Shown here in pieces: positions 10,594 to 19,234 of a stretch of 64,000 nt of DNA (position 1 is the stretch's first letter; each line of letters opens with the position of its first letter). The position numbers were made by a program, and so were the translations under genes. The notes below the pieces were generated by a model. The model worked only from the letters and a program-made list of their open reading frames with translations, had not been told where the DNA came from and ran no database searches. This DNA is from Armatimonadota bacterium. GTDB lineage: Bacteria; Armatimonadota; SYMT01. Where the stretch lies: the NCBI GenBank assembly GCA_041690135.1, contig JAWLHY010000003.1:608001-672000 (forward strand). Reading direction: 5' to 3'.

Positions 10594-10630
10594 AAGAGCA
10601 GGAAGCCGCACCGGGGGTCCGGCACACCCC

Positions 10631-11671
10631 TCAGGCCGCCTGCTTCAGCACCACCTTCAAGGCACCGGTTTCTCCCGCGCGACTGAACACGTCGTAGGCC
10701 TCCATGGCATCCGAGAGGGGGAACGTGTGGGTCGCAAAAAGTGTCGGATCGAAACGCCCCGCCTGGATCAACTTCAGAAGCTGCGGCACGCTCACCGTGT
10801 CCACCAGCCGGGTGGTGATGGTGACGTTGTGGGCCCAGAGCCGCTCCAGGTGCAGGCAGGCCGGCTTACCGTGAACCCCGATGTTGGCGACCCGGCCGCC
10901 GGGCCGCACCAGGTCAGTGCAAAGCTCAAAAGTCTCCGGGACGCCGACTGCTTCCATCGCCACGTCCACGCCGGCGCCGCCGGTCAGCTCCATCACCCGG
11001 TCTCGGGTATCTTCGCTACTTCGAAGGGTTACGTCCGCGCCGAACTGGCGGGCGAGCTCCAGCCGGGCTTCTTCCAGGTCGATGGCGATGATCCGGCTGG
11101 GGCTGTAGAGCCGGGACAGCAACACCGCCGCCAGGCCGATCGGTCCCGCGCCCACGATCGCCACGACGTCGCCGGGTTTTACCTGGCCGTTCAGCACGCC
11201 GCACTCATACGACGTCGGGAGGATATCGGCAAGAAAGAGCACCTGCTCGTCGGTCAGCTCGTCCGGGACTTTGTAGAGACTGGTTTCCGCGTAGGGAACG
11301 CGCGCGTACTCGGCCTGGAGGCCGTGGATGAGATGGCCGAAGAGCCAGCCGCCGTGGCGGCAGTGGGAGTACATCCCTTCACGGCAGTAGTCGCAGCGAC
11401 CATCCGCTGTAATCGCCGGGATGAGCACCCGGTCGCCCTTCTTGAGGCCGGAGACGCTGGGGCCGATCTCCTCCACCACGCCCACCGCTTCATGTCCCAG
11501 AACAGTACCCGGCACCACTTCCGGAACGTCGCCTTTCAGGATGTGGAGGTCGGTGCCGCAGATGGTCGCGGTGGTAATCCGGACGATGGCGTCTGCGCCA
11601 GACTCGATCCGGGGATCTTCCACCCGCTCCCACGTCTTGCGGCCGGGCCCGTGAAAAACTACAGCATGCAT
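10631..11671 (-). CDS. Zinc-dependent alcohol dehydrogenase (MDR family)
   Basis: ICGTDLH, GHEAVG, DGRCDYCREGMYSHC, GAGPIG. Confidence 0.93.
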   Translation of the reverse strand: MHAVVFHGPGRKTWERVEDPRIESGADAIVRITTATICGTDLHILKGDVPEVVPGTVLGHEAVGVVEEIGPSVSGLKKGDRVLIPAITADGRCDYCREGMYSHCRHGGWLFGHLIHGLQAEYARVPYAETSLYKVPDELTDEQVLFLADILPTSYECGVLNGQVKPGDVVAIVGAGPIGLAAVLLSRLYSPSRIIAIDLEEARLELARQFGADVTLRSSEDTRDRVMELTGGAGVDVAMEAVGVPETFELCTDLVRPGGRVANIGVHGKPACLHLERLWAHNVTITTRLVDTVSVPQLLKLIQAGRFDPTLFATHTFPLSDAMEAYDVFSRAGETGALKVVLKQAA

Positions 11672-11844
11672 GGCTCTCTCCTATCCTGTAGGGAAGGTTT
11701 GCAGGGATATTACCCGCAGGATACCCGTTGGCGGAGAGCCTGATCGCGGTTTGTTCCGCGGATAGGCGCATCCGAGGTAGAGAAAGCCCTGGGTCCGGTG
11801 AACCCGGGCCCAGGGAGTGCAAGTGTGCCGAAGGGGACTGCGTT

Positions 11845-12324
11845 TTAATCAGAGGCCCGGTAGACCCTCCGGTAGCCAGCTACGCGGGCCTCTCCGGCAG
11901 GCCACATGATATAGCCGTAGGCGTGGCCGGAGCGGTTGTAGGGATTGCCCCGGAGGTTGGCGAGTTTACGCGACGTGATAATCCGGATGCGGCTCACCAT
12001 GACCCGACGCGGGTCATCCATCACGCGTCCCTCAGCCCGGACCCACTGCCCGTCGTCGAACCCGTCTTCGTCGACCTTCTCGCCATTGGGTCCCTTCAGG
12101 ACATAGGCATCCCCGAAGTGCAGTGTGTAGTCGGTCCGGCTGCGGCCGACGGCGATTTGCATCTTTTGCTCGTTCAACGTCCCTTTGGGCGGGCTGCTGA
12201 TCTGTCCCACGACCACGACCGGAGTGCCTTCCGGCAGGTGCGGAGTGGGACCACTCCGCGCTTCCATCCCCCGGCCGCACAGCAGCAAGCCGGTCATTAG
12301 AGCTGACGCGAGAACTGCACGCAT
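11845..12324 (-). CDS. Secreted hypothetical protein, one copy of a domain also present twice in 51826..52632
   Basis: GGAGG RBS before ATG 12324, signal peptide, GTPVVVVGQISS..KMQIAVG..DYTLHF..WVRAEGRVMDDPRR. Confidence 0.75.
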   Translation of the reverse strand: MRAVLASALMTGLLLCGRGMEARSGPTPHLPEGTPVVVVGQISSPPKGTLNEQKMQIAVGRSRTDYTLHFGDAYVLKGPNGEKVDEDGFDDGQWVRAEGRVMDDPRRVMVSRIRIITSRKLANLRGNPYNRSGHAYGYIMWPAGEARVAGYRRVYRASD

Positions 12325-12467
12325 CGTCTCCTCCATGCATGGAAGTGGGGCTCCGGAAACCCGCGAGATTGCAGTGTTCGTCCGAAGCCCCATTCTGCTG
12401 CGCATTTCCCCACGCCGCCCCCACCTCAAACGAGCGCAAGCGGAGCGAAGATGGGCACTACCGGGGG

Positions 12468-12929
12468 TTACTTACCCGCCTTGGCCTTGTCGTGGCCTTT
12501 GTGCTTTCCGTGGCTATCGTGCCCCTTGTGCAAACCGTTGTCGGCATGGACCTTGTGAAACTTCCCGGGATGGGCATGGAAGGTCTTGCGAGTCTGCGCG
12601 TTCGCGAAGAGGAAGAGCGCCCCCTGGTGCTCCATCCTCGGGCTCTTCGCCGTAAGGGTAAACGGCTTCCCGCTCACCGGGTCCTTAGCCTTCTTCAGGT
12701 ACTTCGCCGGGTGCTTCTTGATCTCGTCGATGCAGCCGGGGCAGCAGACCGGGACCCGCTCGTTGTTCACCATCAGGGCCGGCGCTTTCGCTGGGTGGGC
12801 CACCGGGGCCTCCATCACGGGACAGATGACGGCGCCCTTCGCATTGGCCTTCTTGTCGGCGGAGGCCGACCCGCCGAGCACGATCGTGGCCAGCAGGGTG
12901 GCGGAAAGGATGATCAATCGTCTGGTCAT
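12468..12929 (-). CDS. Secreted tandem YHS/TRASH metal-binding protein with His-rich tail
   Basis: CPVM..CCPGC..HPAKY, a second degenerate repeat DPVSG..HPGKF, tail HKGHDSHGKHKGH. Confidence 0.8.
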   Translation of the reverse strand: MTRRLIILSATLLATIVLGGSASADKKANAKGAVICPVMEAPVAHPAKAPALMVNNERVPVCCPGCIDEIKKHPAKYLKKAKDPVSGKPFTLTAKSPRMEHQGALFLFANAQTRKTFHAHPGKFHKVHADNGLHKGHDSHGKHKGHDKAKAGK

Positions 12930-13013
12930 GGTTCTTTCTTTCGGTTGAGGGAGCCGCGGGCCGACCTTCCGGATCGGTCCGCGACTTTAAGGTGGTAGGG
13001 ATCTGCGGCGGTG

Positions 13014-14348
13014 TTAGCGCACCGCCACCTGCCCCTTGTACATCTCCATGCCGCAGGTGAACGGCACCATGCCGCTCTTCTTCGGCGTAAAAGTCACTAC
13101 GGTCTTCTGGCCCGGCTTCAGCTTCCGCTTGATCCCCAAGCTGGGGAACTGGAGGACCTCGCCGCAGCCGGCCTTTTCCTTCAATACGAACGTCAGGGCA
13201 ACCGGCTGACCCGCCTTCACGCTGACCTTCGCCGGCAAGTACTCCCCATCGATGACCACCGTGGCTCGCTGGGCGCCCCGGCTGGTTGCCGCCGGCGTGG
13301 TCTTCGCAACGGATCCCCAGAGGTCCTCGGCCAGGAACGTAAACGGCACCGTATAGACCCGGTTGTTGTGAACGAACTGCGCCCAGGTCTTATAAAGACC
13401 CCCCGTGGGCACGGTGAGCTTGAAGGAGAAAGAAGGTCCCTTCTCCGTCACCATTGCGGGCGTCACCCGGAACGGCTCTTTCTCTCCGTGCATGGATGGC
13501 TGCGAGGGCGACGTCAGCGCGTGGGTATGCACCACTTCCTGTCCGTTCTGGCTGATGGCGAGCAGGTGGCCCATCGCCCCGATGAACGGCTGCATGTTCC
13601 GGACCGGCCTCCCGCGCCGGTCCTTGACCGTGTAGGTCAACAGGGCCGGCCTCTCCATCCGCAGCGGCTCCCCCTGGATCTTCAGCTCGAAGCGGAGGTC
13701 CCCTACCTGCATCACCCGCTTCGCACTGGGCGAAAGGGCTACCGTCCGCCCCTCGCCTCCGCCAATGGTCAGCGGAAGCGGGATCACCTGGTTGTCGCCG
13801 TCCGACGGGGTGAAGTCGGCGTAGAGCGTGTACTCGCCGGGCACCGGGAAGGTCCAGGTCTTCCGGAAGACTCCGTCCTCGCCCCGCACCGGGTGCTGGT
13901 GCTCAAACCAGCGGAGATCGCGCGTCACCATCAACAGGTGGAACAGGCGCTCATGGATCACCTCGAAGTCGGTGACGAGCTTGCCACTCTCTTTGTACTT
14001 GACGGCGAAGGCCAGCTCCACGGGCTTTCCGGCCACGGGGTTGGGAGATGTCTCGAGCTCGACCGTATATTCGTGCAGGTCGCCCTTCTCGAGTAGAGCC
14101 GCCAGCTTCTCGTATTTCGCCGGCTCCCCTTTGAACTTGACCACGCACTGCTGCGAGCAGAAGTAGAAGCTCTTGTTTCCGAGCTTGTGCTTCCACTTCG
14201 CCGTGTCGGAGTCGACCGTCATCCGGCAGACCGGGTCCTTCACATCGTGCGCGGATGCCGGGGCGCCCCCCGCGAACAAGAAACCCAGCGCGACGACCGC
14301 CCCCAGAGCCCAGCGACTCCAGCCTCTCTGCATCGAGTGTTTCATCAT
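13014..14348 (-). CDS. Secreted YHS + His-motif heavy-metal-binding + cupredoxin domain protein
   Basis: DPVCRM..YFCSQQC (YHS), IHERLFHL/FEHQHP and GAMGHL/VHTHA duplicated domains, C-terminal C..FTCGMEM cupredoxin (CupA-like). Confidence 0.85.
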   Translation of the reverse strand: MMKHSMQRGWSRWALGAVVALGFLFAGGAPASAHDVKDPVCRMTVDSDTAKWKHKLGNKSFYFCSQQCVVKFKGEPAKYEKLAALLEKGDLHEYTVELETSPNPVAGKPVELAFAVKYKESGKLVTDFEVIHERLFHLLMVTRDLRWFEHQHPVRGEDGVFRKTWTFPVPGEYTLYADFTPSDGDNQVIPLPLTIGGGEGRTVALSPSAKRVMQVGDLRFELKIQGEPLRMERPALLTYTVKDRRGRPVRNMQPFIGAMGHLLAISQNGQEVVHTHALTSPSQPSMHGEKEPFRVTPAMVTEKGPSFSFKLTVPTGGLYKTWAQFVHNNRVYTVPFTFLAEDLWGSVAKTTPAATSRGAQRATVVIDGEYLPAKVSVKAGQPVALTFVLKEKAGCGEVLQFPSLGIKRKLKPGQKTVVTFTPKKSGMVPFTCGMEMYKGQVAVR

Positions 14349-14371
14349 CTATTCCTCACCAAGCGTTCACG

Positions 14372-15304
14372 TTAGAAACCGTAAGAGTAGCCGGCGATCA
14401 CTCGCAGGCGGTCGCGCGGGGTACCGTCCCAACCGGCGATGTCGGACTGGATTCCGAAGTCCACGACCGAGCGGACTCCCACCTGCTTGCGGAACCCGAG
14501 GCCGATGCCCACGACTCCACCAGTACCGCGTTCCTCACCCGCCCGCACGGAGAGCTCCGCGAGGGCGGTCGAGTCGAAGCGGGTCGGGTACCCCACGGGG
14601 CGGCTGTAGCCCAGCACCACACCGGGGACGAACTGCCGCTCATCCCGCGCCGCGCCGGGGATGCCGGCGAGGTCCAGGTTCACGTGGAACCGGCCGTACT
14701 GCCCCGCCTGGCGGCTGGCGATGCCCCGCAGCCGGAAGGCCACCCCCTTCGCGTCTCTTCCGGTCGGGGCGAACAGGTCCGCCCGCAGAGAGAGCGCCGG
14801 GGTGTTGCCATACTGCCGATTGAAGTTGTGGAACAGCCCCACCGACACATCGCCCGGATCGAACCGGGTGTCATCCGTGCCGGCCCGGCCACCCACGCTC
14901 GGCTCAAACCCGACGTGGAGGTGGCTGTTCATGGCGAAGCCGTAGAGGTACTCCGCGTCCAGTCCTACCCCCAGCGGCCGGTTCCGTGGCCAGCCCAGGT
15001 TCAGCCCGAACTCCAGCGCCTGCTCCCGGAAGGCGATCGCCTCCGCGTCGTCGAACGAGAGCGGCCGGTGCGCGTCGATGTTGTTGTGGTCGACCGCGTG
15101 AGCCGATGTGGCGCTCGCGAACGCCGTCACGATCGCCAATCCCCAGGTCAGGATCCGCCGAGCGTTCGGGTGGGTGATGCGTATTGCGTATTGCGTAAGG
15201 GCTCGAACCCTCACACTTCCACACTTCCACCCCCCCATACTTCCGCACTCTCTGGCCGTCCGGAAGCCCAGCCACCGGCTTGTAGCCGATTTCAGCCCCT
15301 TCAC
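14372..15304 (-). CDS. Putative outer-membrane beta-barrel (start uncertain)
   Basis: GTG overlaps the upstream TGA (GTGA). Signal ends in SAHA. Alternating amphipathic strands and C-terminal GYSYGF. Confidence 0.7.
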   Translation of the reverse strand: MKGLKSATSRWLGFRTARECGSMGGWKCGSVRVRALTQYAIRITHPNARRILTWGLAIVTAFASATSAHAVDHNNIDAHRPLSFDDAEAIAFREQALEFGLNLGWPRNRPLGVGLDAEYLYGFAMNSHLHVGFEPSVGGRAGTDDTRFDPGDVSVGLFHNFNRQYGNTPALSLRADLFAPTGRDAKGVAFRLRGIASRQAGQYGRFHVNLDLAGIPGAARDERQFVPGVVLGYSRPVGYPTRFDSTALAELSVRAGEERGTGGVVGIGLGFRKQVGVRSVVDFGIQSDIAGWDGTPRDRLRVIAGYSYGF

Positions 15305-16890
15305 TTCGCACCTCGCACTTCGGTCCGATACGGGTTCTCGACGGGACCGCGGGCCGGAGCGTAGGTGTCCGGCTCCTTCCCTTCACGTTGCGCCCACTCG
15401 TCGAAGGAGAGTGCTTTCGCCTCCTTCAGCTTGGGGTGGGCCTTCACGTAGGCCTCGAAGGCGGCCCGGGAGGTGAAGGCGCGGCTCCACTCCTCGCAGC
15501 CGGTGTGGCTCTCTTCCTGCTCCAGGAACACCGCCCCCGGGGTGGAGGTCTTCAGGTTCCCCTGCTCATCGGAGATCACCACCAGCACCCGGTCCGGGTT
15601 CTCGGTGGGGATCCGCAGGATCGCCCGGCCTTTGGTTTCGGCCGACATGTCGCGAGCGCAGAGAACGCACCGTGTGCGCATCGTCCACCCGTCGGCACTG
15701 ACCGCCGCGTTCCGCCATGCCTCATTGCCCTCCCACAGCGGCATGGAGCAGTGGTGGCAGTCCGCCATGCTCATCCAGCCCAGTTCGGGCATCCACATCA
15801 ACTCCGGGGTCATGCCCTTCATCATTCCCATGCCGGGCATGCCCACGAAGTGCCGGTGGTCGTGCAGCCGGTCCGCCGACTCCGTCCCCGGCTTCTCGCC
15901 CCGGTGGGCCTCGGCGGAGACCATCCAGATGGCGAGCTTGATCTGCTCTTCCTTCTCCCGCTCCGACAGCCACTCCGAGGCGAGGATGTCGTTCACCATG
16001 TCGTGGAGCATGTGCAGGTTATCGAAGGCGTTGGCGATGTGCGGGAAGCGCGCCCCGAACACCGGGCTGACTTCCGCGAACATCGGCATGAACGGCCGGT
16101 CCGTGCGGTACAACTCCACCTTCCGGTACTGCTCTCCCGCCAGGTCGTAGGAGGCCTTCTGGTCCTCCGGCGCAACCCGGTAGAGCAGGTCGTACATCGC
16201 TCCCTGGAGCCAGTGGTACCCCCAGAAGAGTCCGTTCACCTTCGGGTAGGTGTTGCGGAACTTCTGACTGTACGGCTGGCTGTACAGGTAGTCCATGTTC
16301 AGCGGCAGAGGCGTGACGGCGTACGGCACGCTCTCGAAGTAGTACTTCCAGAGCCGCTCGATCTCGCGGTCCTTCTCCGCCTGCGTCAGTTTCTTGCTGG
16401 CGAGGACGTCGACCGTCTGGGCATGCAGGATGTGGGTCCAGTCGAAGACCTGCTCCAACACGCCGTACTTGCGCACGAACGTGGGCGAGAGGGCCGCCTC
16501 GTCGGGCATGAACTTCGGCGGGTCCTTCAGCACCCGGTCGATGCGGGCGAAGGTCTTCGTCTCCAACCGGCCCGCTTTGCCGGTCACCAGGTCCTCGTAG
16601 GCCATCGCGTGCCCTACGGAGACCCCGTTCAGGTCCCGCGCCAGCCGGGGCAGGTTGTAGACGTCGAAGTTGTACCGGCCCCGCTTGTAGAAGATGTGGT
16701 TCTGCTTCTTGTTGTCCAGCCACCCGGGCAGGTTCTCCGGCACCCGCGGCAGCGCTTCCCGCCGTTGTGCGGCGCTGCTCCCCGCCTCTCCCGGCCCTGG
16801 AACCCTCTCAACCACCTGCGCCGCGCCAGCCCCCAACGCCAGCGAGAGTAGAAGAGCACCCCCAGCTAACGAACTTGGAAATCGGTTCAT
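15301..16890 (-). CDS. Secreted His/Met-rich putative metalloprotein with C-terminal NosL-like Cys domain
   Basis: Signal peptide, GHAMAYE, WTHILH, GYHWLQ, NLHMLHD, HDHRH, Met-rich linker, CHHC..RCVLC..HTGC. Confidence 0.8.
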   Translation of the reverse strand: MNRFPSSLAGGALLLSLALGAGAAQVVERVPGPGEAGSSAAQRREALPRVPENLPGWLDNKKQNHIFYKRGRYNFDVYNLPRLARDLNGVSVGHAMAYEDLVTGKAGRLETKTFARIDRVLKDPPKFMPDEAALSPTFVRKYGVLEQVFDWTHILHAQTVDVLASKKLTQAEKDREIERLWKYYFESVPYAVTPLPLNMDYLYSQPYSQKFRNTYPKVNGLFWGYHWLQGAMYDLLYRVAPEDQKASYDLAGEQYRKVELYRTDRPFMPMFAEVSPVFGARFPHIANAFDNLHMLHDMVNDILASEWLSEREKEEQIKLAIWMVSAEAHRGEKPGTESADRLHDHRHFVGMPGMGMMKGMTPELMWMPELGWMSMADCHHCSMPLWEGNEAWRNAAVSADGWTMRTRCVLCARDMSAETKGRAILRIPTENPDRVLVVISDEQGNLKTSTPGAVFLEQEESHTGCEEWSRAFTSRAAFEAYVKAHPKLKEAKALSFDEWAQREGKEPDTYAPARGPVENPYRTEVRGAK

Positions 16891-16952
16891 CCCATTTTCC
16901 TTTTTCTTATTCCGCGTCTTCCGCGTTTTCCGCGGGCAGAAATCGGGTGCCC

Positions 16953-17450
16953 TTATTTCGCGAGTTCGAGCATCTGCTCGAGGTTGAGCGGCTTCGCATC
17001 CTTCAGCAGGGCGGGGTTCGCCTCTACCCACTTCTGGAAGGCGACCTGGGTAGTCAAGGCGCGGTAGCCGAGCTCGCAGCTCCGGTGGCTCACCTTATGG
17101 CCCACGAACACGGCCGTCTCGGGAGCCACGCTCCAGGTCCCTCCTTTCCGGGTCAGCAGGACCGGTTTGCCCTTGATCTCGGAGGGAGCCAGGATCGTGA
17201 CGTCGCCCTTGTAGGTCTTTGCATCGGTGAGGGCGCACCACACGCACCGGTACTCGATCCGCTTGCGGCCGAACTTGAGCGCTACTTCGTTGTCGAGCTT
17301 ATCCGTGTCCTGAACCACGTCCAGCTTGCACACCGGGCACTTCGCCTCATGGGCCAGGGCCGGGCGCTGGTCGGAATTCAAGACTGCGCCGCCGAGCAGC
17401 GCAGCCAGGGTGCCGGCCAGCAACGTCCGGCGGTGGAAAACGGTCTTCAT
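16953..17450 (-). CDS. Tat-exported Cys-rich (NosL-like) putative metal chaperone
   Basis: GAGGAG RBS, HRRTLL Tat-like signal ending ALA, CPVC..RCVWC..HRSC. Confidence 0.78.
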   Translation of the reverse strand: MKTVFHRRTLLAGTLAALLGGAVLNSDQRPALAHEAKCPVCKLDVVQDTDKLDNEVALKFGRKRIEYRCVWCALTDAKTYKGDVTILAPSEIKGKPVLLTRKGGTWSVAPETAVFVGHKVSHRSCELGYRALTTQVAFQKWVEANPALLKDAKPLNLEQMLELAK

Positions 17451-17843
17451 CGCTATCTCCTCAATCCGGTCTGAAACCCGCATGGTCAGAGCCGGAGGTT
17501 CTCGCATGGATCAGTTCTCGAACCCCATTCGAGCCGCTCGGCTATCGCCGTGTGGATCACGCGCCCTGTTCCGGCGGAACTGGCCCGGATGGGACGGGAG
17601 CCGCGGACGGCACGAGAGCATGCTCCGGGGACCTCTGCAGCACGCACCGAGACGCAATGGGGCCTCGGATAGGCAGCTAGAGGGATACGGCGGCAGCGCC
17701 CTTCATCGGATCACAGTTTCTGACCGGGTGCGGCGGAATCCGGGACTATGCCGGGTCTCCCGGGTATGGGAGTAGAGGCTTCGTCCATTCAACCGCGGGA
17801 ACAGACCCGTGGAACGATCAGGCGCAGAAACACCCGCTGGTGA

Positions 17844-18302
17844 TCAGGCCGTGGGGGGAGCGCGAGAAGGAGCGGAAGAGAGAGCTACCTGGGGTAGCGG
17901 GGGCTGGTCGCCAGAGGGAACGGCATGGGTCACCGTCGAGGGTGCCGGCCACGTGAGCCTCTGGGGCAAAACGGCCACGAAAGAGATGGCCGTGCTTAAA
18001 GGCGATAAGGATTCTCGAAGGGCCGCTGGTGCGGGGGACGCGGGCGCCTCGACGACGCAGCAGCAATTCCCCCGGTTAGCGGCCAGGACCTCCGGAGCGG
18101 AAGATCCGGCGGCGGGATCGCAGCAGCACCCACCGGCTTGCCCGGCGCCCGCCGTCAGCGTAAACTGGCGAGAGACCGCCTCGCCGGCCGCCATCCGCGT
18201 TCCGCAGGCGAGTGCGCGGACGGGGAACCCGGCAAGGGTGAAAGCCATTGCCAGGACCAGCGTCCACACCATCCAGCGGCGGCGATCCAGCGGAGTCGAC
18301 AT
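17844..18302 (-). CDS. Cys-rich leader protein ending in RAPP (DUF2946/CruR/CutF-like architecture)
   Basis: N-terminal RRRW plus hydrophobic signal, GCCCD and NCCCV clusters, Pro-rich C-terminus SSAPSRAPPTA-stop. First gene after the promoter. Confidence 0.72.
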   Translation of the reverse strand: MSTPLDRRRWMVWTLVLAMAFTLAGFPVRALACGTRMAAGEAVSRQFTLTAGAGQAGGCCCDPAAGSSAPEVLAANRGNCCCVVEAPASPAPAALRESLSPLSTAISFVAVLPQRLTWPAPSTVTHAVPSGDQPPLPQVALSSAPSRAPPTA

Positions 18303-18348
18303 CGAAAACCCTGAGGAACGGAACGGCAGGAGCGCCGCCCACAACCGA

Positions 18349-18377
18349 AGTATACCCCCAAGGGGTATCTCCGTCAA
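18349..18377 (-). promoter_or_regulatory. Sigma70 promoter TTGACG-N17-TATACT containing a CsoR/RcnR-type operator
   Basis: -35 at 18377-18372 and -10 at 18354-18349 with an exact 17-nt spacer. Palindrome ATACCCC-CAA-GGGGTAT at 18352-18368. Confidence 0.8.
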
Positions 18378-18445
18378 ACCCACGGGAAATTTTCTTTTCT
18401 CCTGCCCGTAGTGTGGGTAGGTAGGGCAAGCAGGAGGGAGACTGA

Positions 18446-19234
18446 ATGAAGGCAATCATCCTGGCGGCGGGCTATGCCATGCGCCTGCGGCCCCTTACCG
18501 AGAACTGTGCCAAGCCGCTGCTGCCCGTCGGCGGCAAGCCCATGATCGACTATCTCTACGAGAAGATCACCCAGGTGCCGGAAGTTGATGCAGTCCACGT
18601 GGTCACCAACCAGAAATTCACGGCCCAGTTCGAGGGGTGGGCCCGGAACCATCAGCATCCGCTGCCGATTACCGTTCACAACGACGGCACCCTGAGCAAC
18701 GATGACCGGCTGGGCGCCATCGGCGACATCCAGTTCACGATTGAGCGCGGGAACCTGGCGGGCGACGACCTGTTGATCATCGCCGGGGACAACCTTTTCG
18801 ATTTCAGCCTCACCGACTACGTGGAGTTCTGGAAAAGCAAGGGGGACGGAAGCTGCATCGCGCTCTACCGGTGCGGAAGCCTCGACCTGGTCCGCGAGTA
18901 CAGCAGCGTGGACCTGACGGAAGGGGACCGGGTCGCGGCGTTTACGGAAAAGCCGGCGAACCCTACTTCGGACCTGGTCGGCATCGCGACCTACATCTAC
19001 CACCGGCGCCACGTGCCGCTCGTCCGGCAATACCTGGAGGAGGGCAACCCGCCCGATGCCCCAGGGAACTTCATTGCCTGGCTACACCGGCGGGAACCCG
19101 TCTACGGCTACGCCTTCTCGGGGGAATGGCTCGACATCGGCTCCCACGAACAGCTCCTCGCCGCGGATAACCGCATGCGCCAGCGGAACGGCCTCCCACC
19201 CCGCGCCGAGTACGACGCGGCGGACTGCTCATAG
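18446..19234 (+). CDS. Sugar-phosphate nucleotidyltransferase family protein
   Basis: KAIILAAGYAMRLRPLT..KPLLPVGG, IAGDN, WLDIG. Confidence 0.9.
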   Translation: MKAIILAAGYAMRLRPLTENCAKPLLPVGGKPMIDYLYEKITQVPEVDAVHVVTNQKFTAQFEGWARNHQHPLPITVHNDGTLSNDDRLGAIGDIQFTIERGNLAGDDLLIIAGDNLFDFSLTDYVEFWKSKGDGSCIALYRCGSLDLVREYSSVDLTEGDRVAAFTEKPANPTSDLVGIATYIYHRRHVPLVRQYLEEGNPPDAPGNFIAWLHRREPVYGYAFSGEWLDIGSHEQLLAADNRMRQRNGLPPRAEYDAADCS

